Below, in pieces: positions 26,290 to 37,516 of a stretch of 64,000 nt of DNA. The notes beneath the pieces are model-generated. The model did not search any database. It was given only the letters and a program-made list of their open reading frames with translations, and was not told the origin of the DNA. The stretch spans positions 148,242,001 to 148,306,000 of the forward strand of contig CM059428.1 of assembly GCA_030390025.1 (NCBI GenBank). Direction: 5' to 3'. Each line of letters starts with the position of its first letter. Within the stretch, counting starts at the first letter, position 1. The translations under genes were made by a program, and so were the position numbers. This stretch comes from Squalus acanthias (taxonomy: Eukaryota).

Positions 26290-27252
26290 CTGGAGAAGGT
26301 GCAAAAAAGATTTACAAGGATGATACCAAAACTGAGAGGTTATAACTATCAGGAAAGACTGACCAGGTTGGGGCGCTTTGCTCTAGCAAAGGGAAGGTTG
26401 GTAGGTGACCTAATAAAGTGTCAGCTGTGGCTCAGTTGGTAGCACACTCGTCTCTGAGTCAGAAGGTTGTGGGTTCAAGTCCCACTCCAGGGACTTGAGC
26501 ACATAAAGCTAGGCTGACACTCCAGTGCAGTGCTGAGGGAGTGCTACACTGTTGGAGGTGCCGTCTTTTGGATGAGACGTTAAACTGAGTCCCCGTCTGC
26601 TCTCTCAGGTGGACGTAAAAGATCGCCTGGCACTATTTCGAAGAAGAGCAGGGGAGTTATCCCCGGTGTCCTGGCCAATATTTATCTCTCAACCAACATA
26701 ACAAACACAGATTATCTGGTCATTATCACATTGCTGTTTGTGGGACCTTGCTGTGCGCAAATTGGCTACTGCGTTTCCCACATTACAACAGTGACTACAC
26801 TTCAAAAGTACTTCATTGGCTGTAAAGCGCTTTGAGATGTCCGGTGGTCGTGAAAAGGCGCTATATAAATGCAAGTCTCTCTTTCATTTTTTCTTCAAAA
26901 TTATGACGGGGGTTTGATAGGGTAGACATAATAAAATGTTTCCACTTGTGGGGGAATCCAAAACTAGGGGTCATAAACATAAGATAGTCGCTAATAAATC
27001 CAATAAGAATTCCTTACCCAGGGAGTGATTAGAATGTGTAACTCACTGCCACATGGAGTAGTTGAAGCGAATAGCATCGATGCATTTAAGGGGAAACTAG
27101 ATAAGTAGATGAGGGAGAAAAGAATAGAAGGAGATGCTGATAGGGTGAGATGAAGTAGGGTGGGAGGAGGCTCGTGTGAGCATAAACACCAGCATAGACC
27201 AGTTGGGCTGAATGGCCTGTTTCTGTGCTGTAAGTACTGTGTAATTCTATGT
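26290..27252 (+). mobile_element. CR1 3' fragment, host of the full-length SINE
   Basis: LEKVQKRFTRMIP before the SINE; CR1 3' UTR ggctgaatggcctgtttctgtgctgtaa after it. Confidence 0.8.
26418..26885 (+). mobile_element. Full-length tRNA-derived Deu-domain SINE (SacSINE1-like), inserted in a CR1
   Basis: A box tggctcagttgg, B box ggttcaagtcc, Deu-like core (gtgctgagggagtgct..ggatgagacgttaaac..gctgtgcgcaaattggct), and L2-like tail aaggcgctatataaatgcaagt. Confidence 0.85.
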
Positions 27253-30200
27253 ATGTATTCTAACAGGAATGATTTATCCGGGTGGTGGGGGGGTCAAGCC
27301 TCTGTCCTCAGTCGGGGATGGGAAATACCAAGTTTGCATCTGAGGATGGCCTCCCCACCCCCTATAGAACAAATTTGTGTCTTTTCCTGGCCCCCATGTG
27401 AAGTAACTCACCCCTCACCCAATAAGAAACAATTTGTTCCTCTTCCAGCCCTGCACCCAGAAGTAGCTCAGCACCATCCCCCACCCTGAACCAAAAACCT
27501 CTGCAACATTCCTCCCTGCCACAAAAGAAGAAAAATGCTCTCCCCGCACCCCACGGAAGTGGAATTGGACCCTGGTGCAGTGCAGTCCCCCCCTCCAGCT
27601 GAGAAGAAAATTGGCCGTGACCCAGTGTCACTCAATCGTTGCCCCCTCCCCTCCCTGTCCACCTCTCCTTTCCCCTCCTCTCTTGTTTCTCCCTTCTCCC
27701 ATCACTGGGAAGAAATGGCCCCTAGCCCAGTGCCATGCACCCCTTCATTGTCTTCTGTTTCTCCATCTCCTCCACCGTCCCCTCCTGCCTGTCTCCTTTC
27801 CTCATCCTCCCTCTCCTCCCCCTCTCTCCATCCACCTCCCCATCACCCTCCACTCCTTTCCTCTCTCCCTCCCCTCTTGTCTCCTCCCTTGCCTGGGTCC
27901 AGCCATCCCATCACTCTCTAACCTGCTTGACCTGAATACTGAACTTGGTCTTAACTCCAGCGAGCAACACAATGGAACATCGATTAATGATATATAAAAT
28001 TTGCTATGTGAGGTGCACGTTTTATTGAAAAACTAACTAAGTACCTGCAGTACCTTTTACTCCTGTGGGTGGCAGACGTGGAGAGACAGAGAGAAACAGC
28101 AACACAAAGATTTCAGAGGCAGCTAAAACATAGATCACTTTCTCTGAATTACCCATCCTATTATGGCAATGAGGTCCCAGCCCAATGCAATTATGCCCCC
28201 TCACAGTGGTCTGCAGAGGTTTTAGGTTATAATTTTTTAAAGTTTTTTTCATTAACTCACTTGGATTCATTATTAATAATCTATTCATATCCTGCAACAG
28301 CTTAACCTGAGAGTGGAGAACCTCTCCCTTTTTCAGTTCTGCGTTTATTTTCCTCCGTTCTTTAATTTTAGCAAAGAAGTACATGCTGTTCTCTGCTAAA
28401 TTCAACAAGCGGAGGAAAATATAACCCTAAGATTTTTGTTACAAGGCATAACTGAAAGAAAAAATAATCATAATACTGCCATGACCCAATCATTTTATGG
28501 AAAGAGGATGGGGAATAATATCTAGTTTGAGGCATGCCACCCTCGGTATTCGAGAGCACAGTTGCGATGTTCATTCACAAGAAGGGTGATCCCGAGGAAT
28601 CTAGCTTATATCAGTGGCTCTTACATTGGTTCCTTGGATCATCACAGCATTGGACACATGTAATCAGAAAAGAACTAGGAATGCATAGAGCAGGCTTTGG
28701 ATTTATACAAGACTGCAGGTTGGTTAGGGGTCGGGGGAACCCACGTGCATTGGTTTCCAGGTGGCTTTCACCCTGTGCTGCACACAGCTCTCAAGACTAA
28801 ACCTAAAGGTTTTGGGGGGGCAGGTGAAACGAGAAGTTTATCCAGGATATGCAGGTCAGCTGCAAAACCTGCACAAGGGTAAATGGGAGACTCACAAGCC
28901 TATATCTCTCAAAAGAGGAGTGAGGGAAAGTTGTCAAGTGCCATCCATCATCCTATTTGATGTCTCCACCACAGTGATGTGTGGAATAGAAACAGAAGAT
29001 GTAGACTTGGAGTGTCTGATCCAAGTATTTCTGAAACAACTGTTCACAGAAAATGGGGGTCATTTTAACTTTCGTTGACAATGTAAGACAGGCGATATTG
29101 GAGGGGACACCACTTATACACACTGCCAATTTTCTTTTCCATTGACTTCAATGGCTTGACTTGATATCTTTAATATATCTACACACCCTGCTGACTATTA
29201 AAGTACAAATGAGATTCTGAAGAAAAAAGGTAAAAGAATTCACCGCAGTTTTCACAATATAAGATTTTATTTTATTTTATTTATGGAATTATTAATGAAC
29301 TTGCCCCGGCCAAGCATAAGAAAGCTTAAGTTTGAAAGAGGAACATGGACAAGAAAGCTGAACAAGGAGACGTGATGTATTTTATCTCCTCAATCAGCTC
29401 TCGTATCACAAGGAAAAACAGTAATTATTAATGACTGGAAAGTGTAATTATAATGAAGAAATGATTGCTGATGAGTTACAGAACGTAGCCCCTGGTTCTT
29501 TGCATGTCTCTAATAATAAAAGCTTCTCTACTGTACATTTGGCTAATCTTCAAGTCTGTTGAAAAACAGCACCGTTTAACCTTGAAAGACTTGCATGGTA
29601 CTTAACCTTGCTAGAACTTTTGAAGTCTTTTCATTCCAGCTACATGGATAGATTTTTAATGATTTTCTGCGCTGTTCCATTGAGCACTGTGCATTTACCA
29701 CACTGAGAGACAGTATTCAATGGGAGACATCCTATAGTATCCGGTTAACATCACCTTTGGAGTGGCTGTGTTTAAAGTTACTGGCCTGGGTAAAGTCCTG
29801 CAGCAGGTGGGAAATAATTAAAGCTTGTTGTAAACCATGGCACTAAGAGACTTGTATCTGGAATTTCCTTGGGGATTTCTCCTGATCAGCCATTGAAACA
29901 TCAGCATATGATTGGCAGAAACCCACATCTATCCGGAGGTTCTACCGATCTGCCGAAATTACAGAGGCCAATCGGAAGAAACCCGAGGAACATCCTGGAG
30001 TCTATCTGAGGCCTACAGGTGCTTGGCATTACAGCAAGTGTTGTCAAAATCATAGAATCATAGAAAGTTACAGCACGGAAGGAGGCCATTTCGGCCCATC
30101 GTGTCCGCGCTGGCCAACAAAGAGCTATCCAGCCTAATCCCACTTCCCAGCTCTTGGTCCGTAGCCCTGCAGGTTAGATCATCCCAAGTGCACATCCAAG

Positions 30201-30841
30201 TACTTTTTAAATGTGGTTAGGGTTCCTGCCTCTACCACCCTTTCAGGCAGTGAGTTCCAGACCCCTACAACCCTCTGGGTGAAGAAATTTCCCCTCAAAT
30301 CCCCTCTAAACCTTCCACCAATTACTTTAAATCTGTGCCCCCTGGTTTTTGACCCCTCTGCTAAGGGAAATAGGTCCTTTCTATCCACTTTATCTATGCC
30401 CCTCATAATTTTATACACCTCAATAAGGTCTCCCCTCAGCCTCCTCTGTTCCAAGGAAAACAGACCCAGCCTATCCAGTCTTTCCTCATAGCTAAGATTC
30501 TCTACTCCCGGCAACATCCTTGTAAATCTCCTCTGTACCCTCTCTAGTGCAATCACATCTTTCCTGTAATGTGGTGACCAGAACTGCACGCAGTACTCTA
30601 GCTGAGGCCTAACTATTGTTTTATACAGTTGAAGCATAACCCCCCTGCTCTTGTATTCTATGCCACGGCTAATAAAGGCAAGCATTCCGTATGCCTTCTT
30701 AACCACCTTATCTACCTGGCCTGCTACCTTCAGGGATCTGTGGAGATGCACTCCAAGGTCCCTTTGTTCCTCTACACTACTCAGTGTCCTACCATTTAAT
30801 GTGTATTCCCTTTCCTTGTTAGCCCTCCCCAATTGCATTAC

Positions 30842-31045
30842 AGTGAGAAGTCGCACAACACCAGGTTAGTTTTATTTGAAATCACAAGCTTTCGGAGCTG
30901 CTGCTCCTTCGTCAGGTCACTTCACCTGACGAAGGAGCAGCAGCTCCGAAAGCTTGTGATTTCAAATAAAACTGTTGGACTATAACCTGGTGTTGTGCGA
31001 CTTCTCACTTTTGTCCACCCCAGTCCAACACCGGCATCTCCGCAT
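30842..31045. mobile_element. Penelope-like fold-back insertion (inverted terminal-repeat fragments) inside a CR1 LINE, 12-bp TSD
   Basis: Flanked by caattgcattac at 30830-30841 and 31046-31057. Arms 30842-30917 and ~30924-31009 are near-perfect inverted copies. The CR1 sequence resumes after the TSD. Confidence 0.85.
30922..30959 (+). ncRNA. Minimal type-I hammerhead ribozyme motif, second family
   Basis: tcac-CTGACGA-a-ggagc(agca)gctcc-GAAA-gctt-gtga: stem I tcac/gtga, palindromic AAGCTT. A mirror copy lies on the minus strand at ~30882-30917. Confidence 0.75.
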
Positions 31046-33090
31046 CAATTGCATTACCTCACACTTCTCCGGATTGAATTCCATTTGCCATTGTTCTGCT
31101 CACCTGACCAATTTATTGATATCCTCCTGCAGTCTACAGCTTCCTTCTTAAGTATCAACCACACAGCTGATTTTAGTATCATCTGCAAACTTCTTAATCA
31201 TACCCCCTATATTCAAGTCTAGATCATTGATATATACCACAAAAAGCAAGGGACCTAGTACTGAGCCCTGCGGAACCCCACTGGAAACAGCCTTCCAGTC
31301 ACAAAAACACCCATCAACCATTACCCTCTGCTTCCTGTCTCCGAGCCAGTTTTGAATCCAAAATAATATCTATAGATTTAATTCACTGATCTCATGCTCC
31401 CATTAGGGAGCTGCACTCAAATGAAGATTTGGCACTACAGTATTGTAGCCCTAACTTAACCCACTCATCCCTTCTACCATGGCACCCCTCCAAGAGCACA
31501 GAATCGGTGAATTTACCCTTATATCTATTACTGTAATGAGCTTCTTACGGCCATTTTATATTCTGTGGGGTTGATTTTAACCCCAAGCAGATTTTGGGTG
31601 AGCGAGAGGCATTCTCTGGCCTAAGTTTCAGGCCCAGGGTATTTTAACTCCTGGGCTTCATTTAAAAGCTACTGGCCCACTTGCCGCCTGAAACAGGCAG
31701 GAAGAAGGTGAAGAGCGGCTGCTGGCAGGAGAAGATCGGGTAGCTAAGGGCCACCTGCCAGATTGCAGGTAAGTGGCCGGAGAGGGGGGTTTCTGGAGGG
31801 TCTCACAGGAGGGAAGGGTGTGGAGATTGGGGCAGGGGATCTCCTGCGGCTTTCCTTGTGGGGCCTGGAGAAGCACACCTGCTCTTCCGGGCCCCACACA
31901 GGAAAGTTTTCCATTTACCTGGAGGGGTCTTCGGCCTTCCCATTAGCTGCCGACCTGCTTTATGCCAGTGAAGAAACGGTGACAGTTTTCCTACTCCCAC
32001 CTCAGTTAAAATGCCATTGGTGTCCTATTGACATCATAGGAACCCGATTAGCATTTACGCATGAGGCTCCTGCCTGAGTCCGTGGGGCGGTGGGGGAGGG
32101 GGGGGGCGGGGGGGCGGGAGGCAGGCGCACATCAACCACCAAAACCAAAAGCATTAACTGTTCGCCTACTTTGTTCCCGCCAAGCGGGGAGAGTTTACAT
32201 TCCACCCCCGCCGCCATTCTGTGAGCGAGATGTTAATCTAAGTGGTTCGGGTGAACGTCAAAGATCCCATGGTACTATTCAAAGAAAAGCATTAAGTTTT
32301 CCCAGTGTCCAAGTTAATATTAGTCCCTCAACCAATACCACTTAAAGCAAATTAATTGGTCTATTTTTACTTCCAACATGCAGTACATTGCATTATCCAT
32401 ATTAAACTTCATTCATCACTGATCGGCCCAAGTTCAAATCCTGTCACGCTCTCCTTGTAAATTCTTAGTTGGATTCTCTGTGCCCCCTACCCCCAGTTTG
32501 CTGCTTGAGAAATGAATTACTTTGCATTGAGACTGTGATTACAAATCATTTATATATACCAGGAATAGGAGGGGATACAGCATGGACCCTTGGGGCACTT
32601 CTACTTCCTTCCCATTATCCAGTTATGAATTCATGTCTGTGTCCTACCTTTGCTACCTACTGAGCTTAGATTGTAAAGCAGTCTCCCATGCAGTAATTTA
32701 TTGAAAACCTTTCAGAAGTTAAGGTACAGAATATCATATGCCTTCCCAGTGTCAAGTTGGGATGTCACGTCATCAAAAAATGTGTCTGAGGTTGGTCGGG
32801 CAAAATCCACTCCTTCTAAAGCCATGTTAACTGTCATATTAGGATATTTTCATAAGGCGCTTTTCTATTGTGTTTCAGATTACTGGTTCCAGTAATGTTC
32901 AATTGTTAAGGTTAGACTAATGGATCTTTAGATTTTGTAATTGGGCAGACATGTGGCTAACGAAATTTAACACTGACAAATGTAAAGTATTAGACATAGG
33001 TTGAAAAATGTGGGACACCACATAAATATACAATGACTGGAATTGAACTAATGCAAGCAGACTTAGAAAAACACCTGGAAGTAATAGTAG

Positions 33091-33520
33091 AGTGTCAGCT
33101 TGGTGCAGTGGTAACACATCTTGTGGCTAATTCAGAAGGTTGTGGATTAAAACTTCACTCTAGGACTGGAGGGCAAACACTTCGGTGCAGCGCTGAGAGA
33201 CTGCAGCATTGCTGCAGGTGCCATTTTTCAGATGAGACATTAAACTGAGGCCCCCCCCCCGTCTGTCTGTTCAGGTAAAATATCTCATGATACTATTCAA
33301 AAAAGAGCAGAGGAGCTTTCCTGGCCACCATTTATCCCTCATCACGTGCCACCGAAACAGCTTAACAGACCATTCGTCTCATTTGTGAGACTTTGCTAAG
33401 TGCAAATTGGCTGCCATGTTTGTCAACAGGTGAACAATGACTACACTTCGCTAGTAATTAGTTTGCTATGAAATACATTGGGAGCTCATTAGCATGCAAA
33501 AGGTGCTATAGAACTGCACC
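33091..33520 (+). mobile_element. Deu-domain SINE, decayed near full length
   Basis: Head gtgtcagcttggtgcagtggt..cagaaggttgtgg and core gatgagacattaaactgaggcc. Confidence 0.7.
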
Positions 33521-36412
33521 TTTTTCCTCTGACTTTGCTTCATTTTTCCTTTACTTCCTCCCTAACTTTCTAGTCCTCTTCTGTATTCTATGTCCTTCCT
33601 TTCCTTCTGGGATAGATAGATTTTTGGACTCTAGGGGAATCAAGGTTTATGGAGATCGGGTGGGAAAGTGGAGTTGAGGTCGATGATCAGCCATGATCTT
33701 ATTGAATGGCGGAGCAGGCTCGAGGGGCCGTATGGCCTACTCCTGCTCCTATTTCTTATGTTCTTATCTTCTCCCCCACTTCACTTTCTTCTTGCCTTAA
33801 GAACCTCATCATTTTTCATTCTTATATCCAGATCTCCTTGCAGTGGAACACTGCCACACAGAGAGGATGCCTCAGGGTAGGGAAAGAACCTCTGAGAGGA
33901 GGAGGATCAATTTATCTGACCGAAAGTTCATCTAGACCGAGACTCTGAGCGGCAGATTCTACAAAGCTGAGAGGAGCCTCAGAAGAAATTGGAGGAAATC
34001 TCTCCTCCTTGCAGCCAATAAGCTAAAATCGAATCATGTCAAAATATTCTGTTACAACATACATCAATTAATACCAACCCTTTTTCAATGTCCTCGACCT
34101 GCTAGCAATTATCTTCCACCCTGTTCCTATATTAATTTCCCAGTATTGTTACCTTGGTAGCCAAAATATACACATCAGTTTTTTGAGATTGAGTAAAGCT
34201 GCCATAAATTGAGTTTTAAATAAACTGGTCACAAAGCTAATCATTTTGTACTTTGCAATGATGTGAAGTTGGAACCGCTGCGTGATTGGATGTATGAGTT
34301 CCGAAGACAAGTCCTGCTTGCCTGCCTGCTGGATAGTTGCCTGCAACCACTTTAGAAAAGTTACGTAACTGCCAAATGGCGATCAGTTGAAGTAGGAGCA
34401 AGTGAATGATTTGCTTTATAAATTGCAACAGTCGTTACTAAACTTTGCATTTCGTCCCGAAACTACTTTTAATCCTCGCCAACATTTTTTTTCTTAATTA
34501 AAGTTCATTGATGTTTTGAGAACTCTCTCAGGAGTTGCAGCCCGTGTCACGGTCCAGCTCCAACAGCTGCTTTCATTTCAATTTTTACTAAACTTTTGTG
34601 TCTCGGCCAAATGAGCCTATGCAAGATGGACCAAGTATTTTCAGTGGGAGCATTTTGGCTGATAGCTAAAACAAGGTTTTTATTGTAATCTTTTTCAACG
34701 TGCAGGAATATAATGTCACATGTCTAACAGCGTCTTGTTACTTGACCATGGTACATGGCGATATCATTTCCCCACATACGTTCATGACAAAGAATATCAA
34801 AGGAAGTAACTTCAACAATGCTGGACGTGTTTATTATGCATGCACTTAAAAGGCATGTCAAAAATGCATTTGGTGCTTGAAAACAGGATCTGTCTTGGCG
34901 GTTTTGGCAGGCAACCTGCAAAATGAAAGGACCTCGCATCCTTTTAAGTAAGGTCATTCAAATAGCTTTCAAATCACAAACAGTTTTATCAGAAATTAAA
35001 ATCCTGCTTTTACAAAAATAACCATCCCTTCCCCCTCATCAGTTTTCAAAGAAAGAAATGTTTTTTTTTGTCTGAGACAGAAAGGGCAACAACGTCATGC
35101 CACTGCCGCAAGTTTTCTTCGATAAATAAAGCTGAGTGGTGCAAAAATACAGTGTTGCCGCACACGGTACAGTGTCACTGTTTAGTAATAGCTTGCCGTT
35201 CAATGTTGTCTTTGGGCATGCTACATATTTTTTGAAAAATGATTTAAAGGTCGTTGGAATGAGAAGGTACACTTGACAGCTAGAATTATTAGGATCTCAT
35301 CGTTTCCTAAAGCAAGCTCTCCATTTTGAGCAGCCCAGGAAATATAGGTTAAAGTGACATCTGAGACGGGGCACAGATCAAAATAAGTTCAAGCAGCCAT
35401 GGCCTAGTCATTGTTTAATATAATCAAGTGATACACAATTGCTGATTGTTCATGTTAGCTAAAGTCCCCTCTGCCCACTTAGTTACAATGTTGTGGATAC
35501 TGTGCTGTAGGATTCATTCTGTGTTGTAACTTATTGTATCGTGTCTGCTTCTAATTTATAAATTTAGATTTCTTTGTGTATTAGTGATGCTATATATAAT
35601 TCTTGAATAGAGAAACGGCAACATGTTGCAATACAGCACAGGGTCAGGCCAACAGTTTATAAAATAATGTGATAAAAAACGACTCTTTCACTGCACCAAA
35701 TAGGGAAAACTTCAGTCTTTTATACTGTTTTAAACTAACCAGTGTGAAGGTTGGAAGCTGCCTTGTCTTGCCCAACTTCAAAATGGGCACCCGGAGGAAA
35801 ACTGGTTACAGGCCCACACCAGGTTTGACCTTAAATTAGTCAAGGTACAGAAGTTTTGTCCTAAGCGCCAATCGAATTATACTTGGGTCAACGAATTCGA
35901 GGCCTGGACGAGGTGTGAGCATCTGCTCGTCCAGTCCATTCTATGGATAGAATAGTCAATGGGGGTTCGATTCTGGAGGGTGGCTGGGGCAGATGGAGTT
36001 GTACCCCAATAAACATTAGTGCCTCGAGGAGAGGTGGGAGAAAACGCAGGGATATGTTTCCCAAAGTATAGAGACCTAACTGCGTAGGACTAAAGTAACT
36101 GAAACATAATTAGTTTTGCACCAAATGAAGTGCATCTAAAGGGACACATATGCTACGCAGCCCCCTTATACATAGGAGTGAACAATATGTTCAGATAAGT
36201 GAATTAGACGAACCAGCTGTCCTACCCAGAGCCCTGAATATGGCCTATAATGGATTGAAAACATGCTCTGCAACATTAGTTAATGCAGTCACATGAAACT
36301 CCTTTGCCATTTATTTTAAAATTAATTAATTATACAAAGTACAGACTACCAGGTCTGTGCGGGTTAACGGCAAATGAAAAGCAATAAAATACAATAAGAA
36401 TGCATTAACAGG

Positions 36413-37516
36413 GACAAGCCATTAGAAGACACTAACCTACCTCACTTGCACTAATCAATTGTGGTCAAGATGACAACCTCCTGTGCATCCCATAAAACCT
36501 ACTGCTGCTGTAAATTTAGACTCCATTTTAAAAGCAGGAGCCATGGGCATTGTCTTTTGTGCCATTGACGCAGTGGCAACTAGAATGAGTTATTTCAGAC
36601 ATTAGATCATACCTCATAATGTGGAGTGAGGGACTGCGTGTGACCCAAATTGGAAACTCCTGATAGAATATTCATGAATGATATGAAATTGCCAATTCGC
36701 AGCGCAGATGTTTGCCAATCAGTTTGATGCTGTTACAGCTCTGTTTTCTAACCTAGTGGCAACGGTGATCAGCTTCCTCCAGTGTTTTTACACTCTCTTT
36801 CTGAATATCATGAAATATTCCTATCCCAAGTAGGTTTATTTCACTGTTCCAAGCAGAAAGACTAAATTATTTGCAATTATTTCAGTGATGTCCAGACATT
36901 CAAAGTGCTCTCACCACTTGTACTACCGATGTTGTTACACCTAAATAGCCTGGTCATAATTTGCTAAAATGTAACAATCTTATATTTAAAAACAAAATTT
37001 CAATATAATCACCATAGTTATCAGGTAAATATTGGGATACCTCCTGTGCCACACTGAGTAATGGAGCTGTATGTCGGGTATGTACATACCATAATACAAG
37101 GCAAAACATCAAGATATCATGGCAAAATAGCTACACAAGTGTTATTACAGAATTACATTTTTAATTTGTTTATCATATACAATTGGAGACAGTTTTAAGA
37201 AAGAAAATCCTCATAAGCCACTGAACTGTAATATCACACAATTACCAACGCACTTCAATACAGCAAAGCAACAGGGGCTCTTCACTCCACATTATAAGGT
37301 ATGCTCTACTGCCTGAAATACCTCACTCCAGGGGCTCTCGCCTTCGCTGAGCAACATTAGAAGACAATAGAACATAAGACTATGACTGCTGCTCCTGATT
37401 TTAAAATGAAGTCTAAATTTACAGCAGCATTAGGCTTTCTCAGATGCACAAGATGTCAGCCTGGTCATAATTGATTATTGCAAGTGATGTAGGTTAACGT
37501 CTTTGAGTGGCTTGTC
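36413..37516. repeat. Long imperfect inverted repeat (arms ~36413-36629 and ~37282-37516)
   Basis: For example tgctgctgtaaatttagactccattttaaaagcaggagc vs the reverse complement of gctcctgattttaaaatgaagtctaaatttacagcagca, and catacctcataatgtggagtga vs tcactccacattataaggtatg. Confidence 0.85.

Larger units (their letters stand above)
30048..31360 (-). mobile_element. 5'-truncated CR1 LINE (ttctatga tail family), interrupted by the Penelope-like insertion
   Basis: ORF 30179-30856 RPQLEYCVQFWSPHYRKD...FFTQRVVGVWNSLP; tail atcatagaatcatagaa. Confidence 0.9.

Noticed and set aside
26418-26490. tRNA gene
   Set aside because: The A/B boxes belong to a SINE head that continues into the SINE body, and there are multiple decayed copies.
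27535-27997. Pro/Ser-rich ORFs
   Set aside because: Pyrimidine-rich low-complexity sequence with no splice or homology support.
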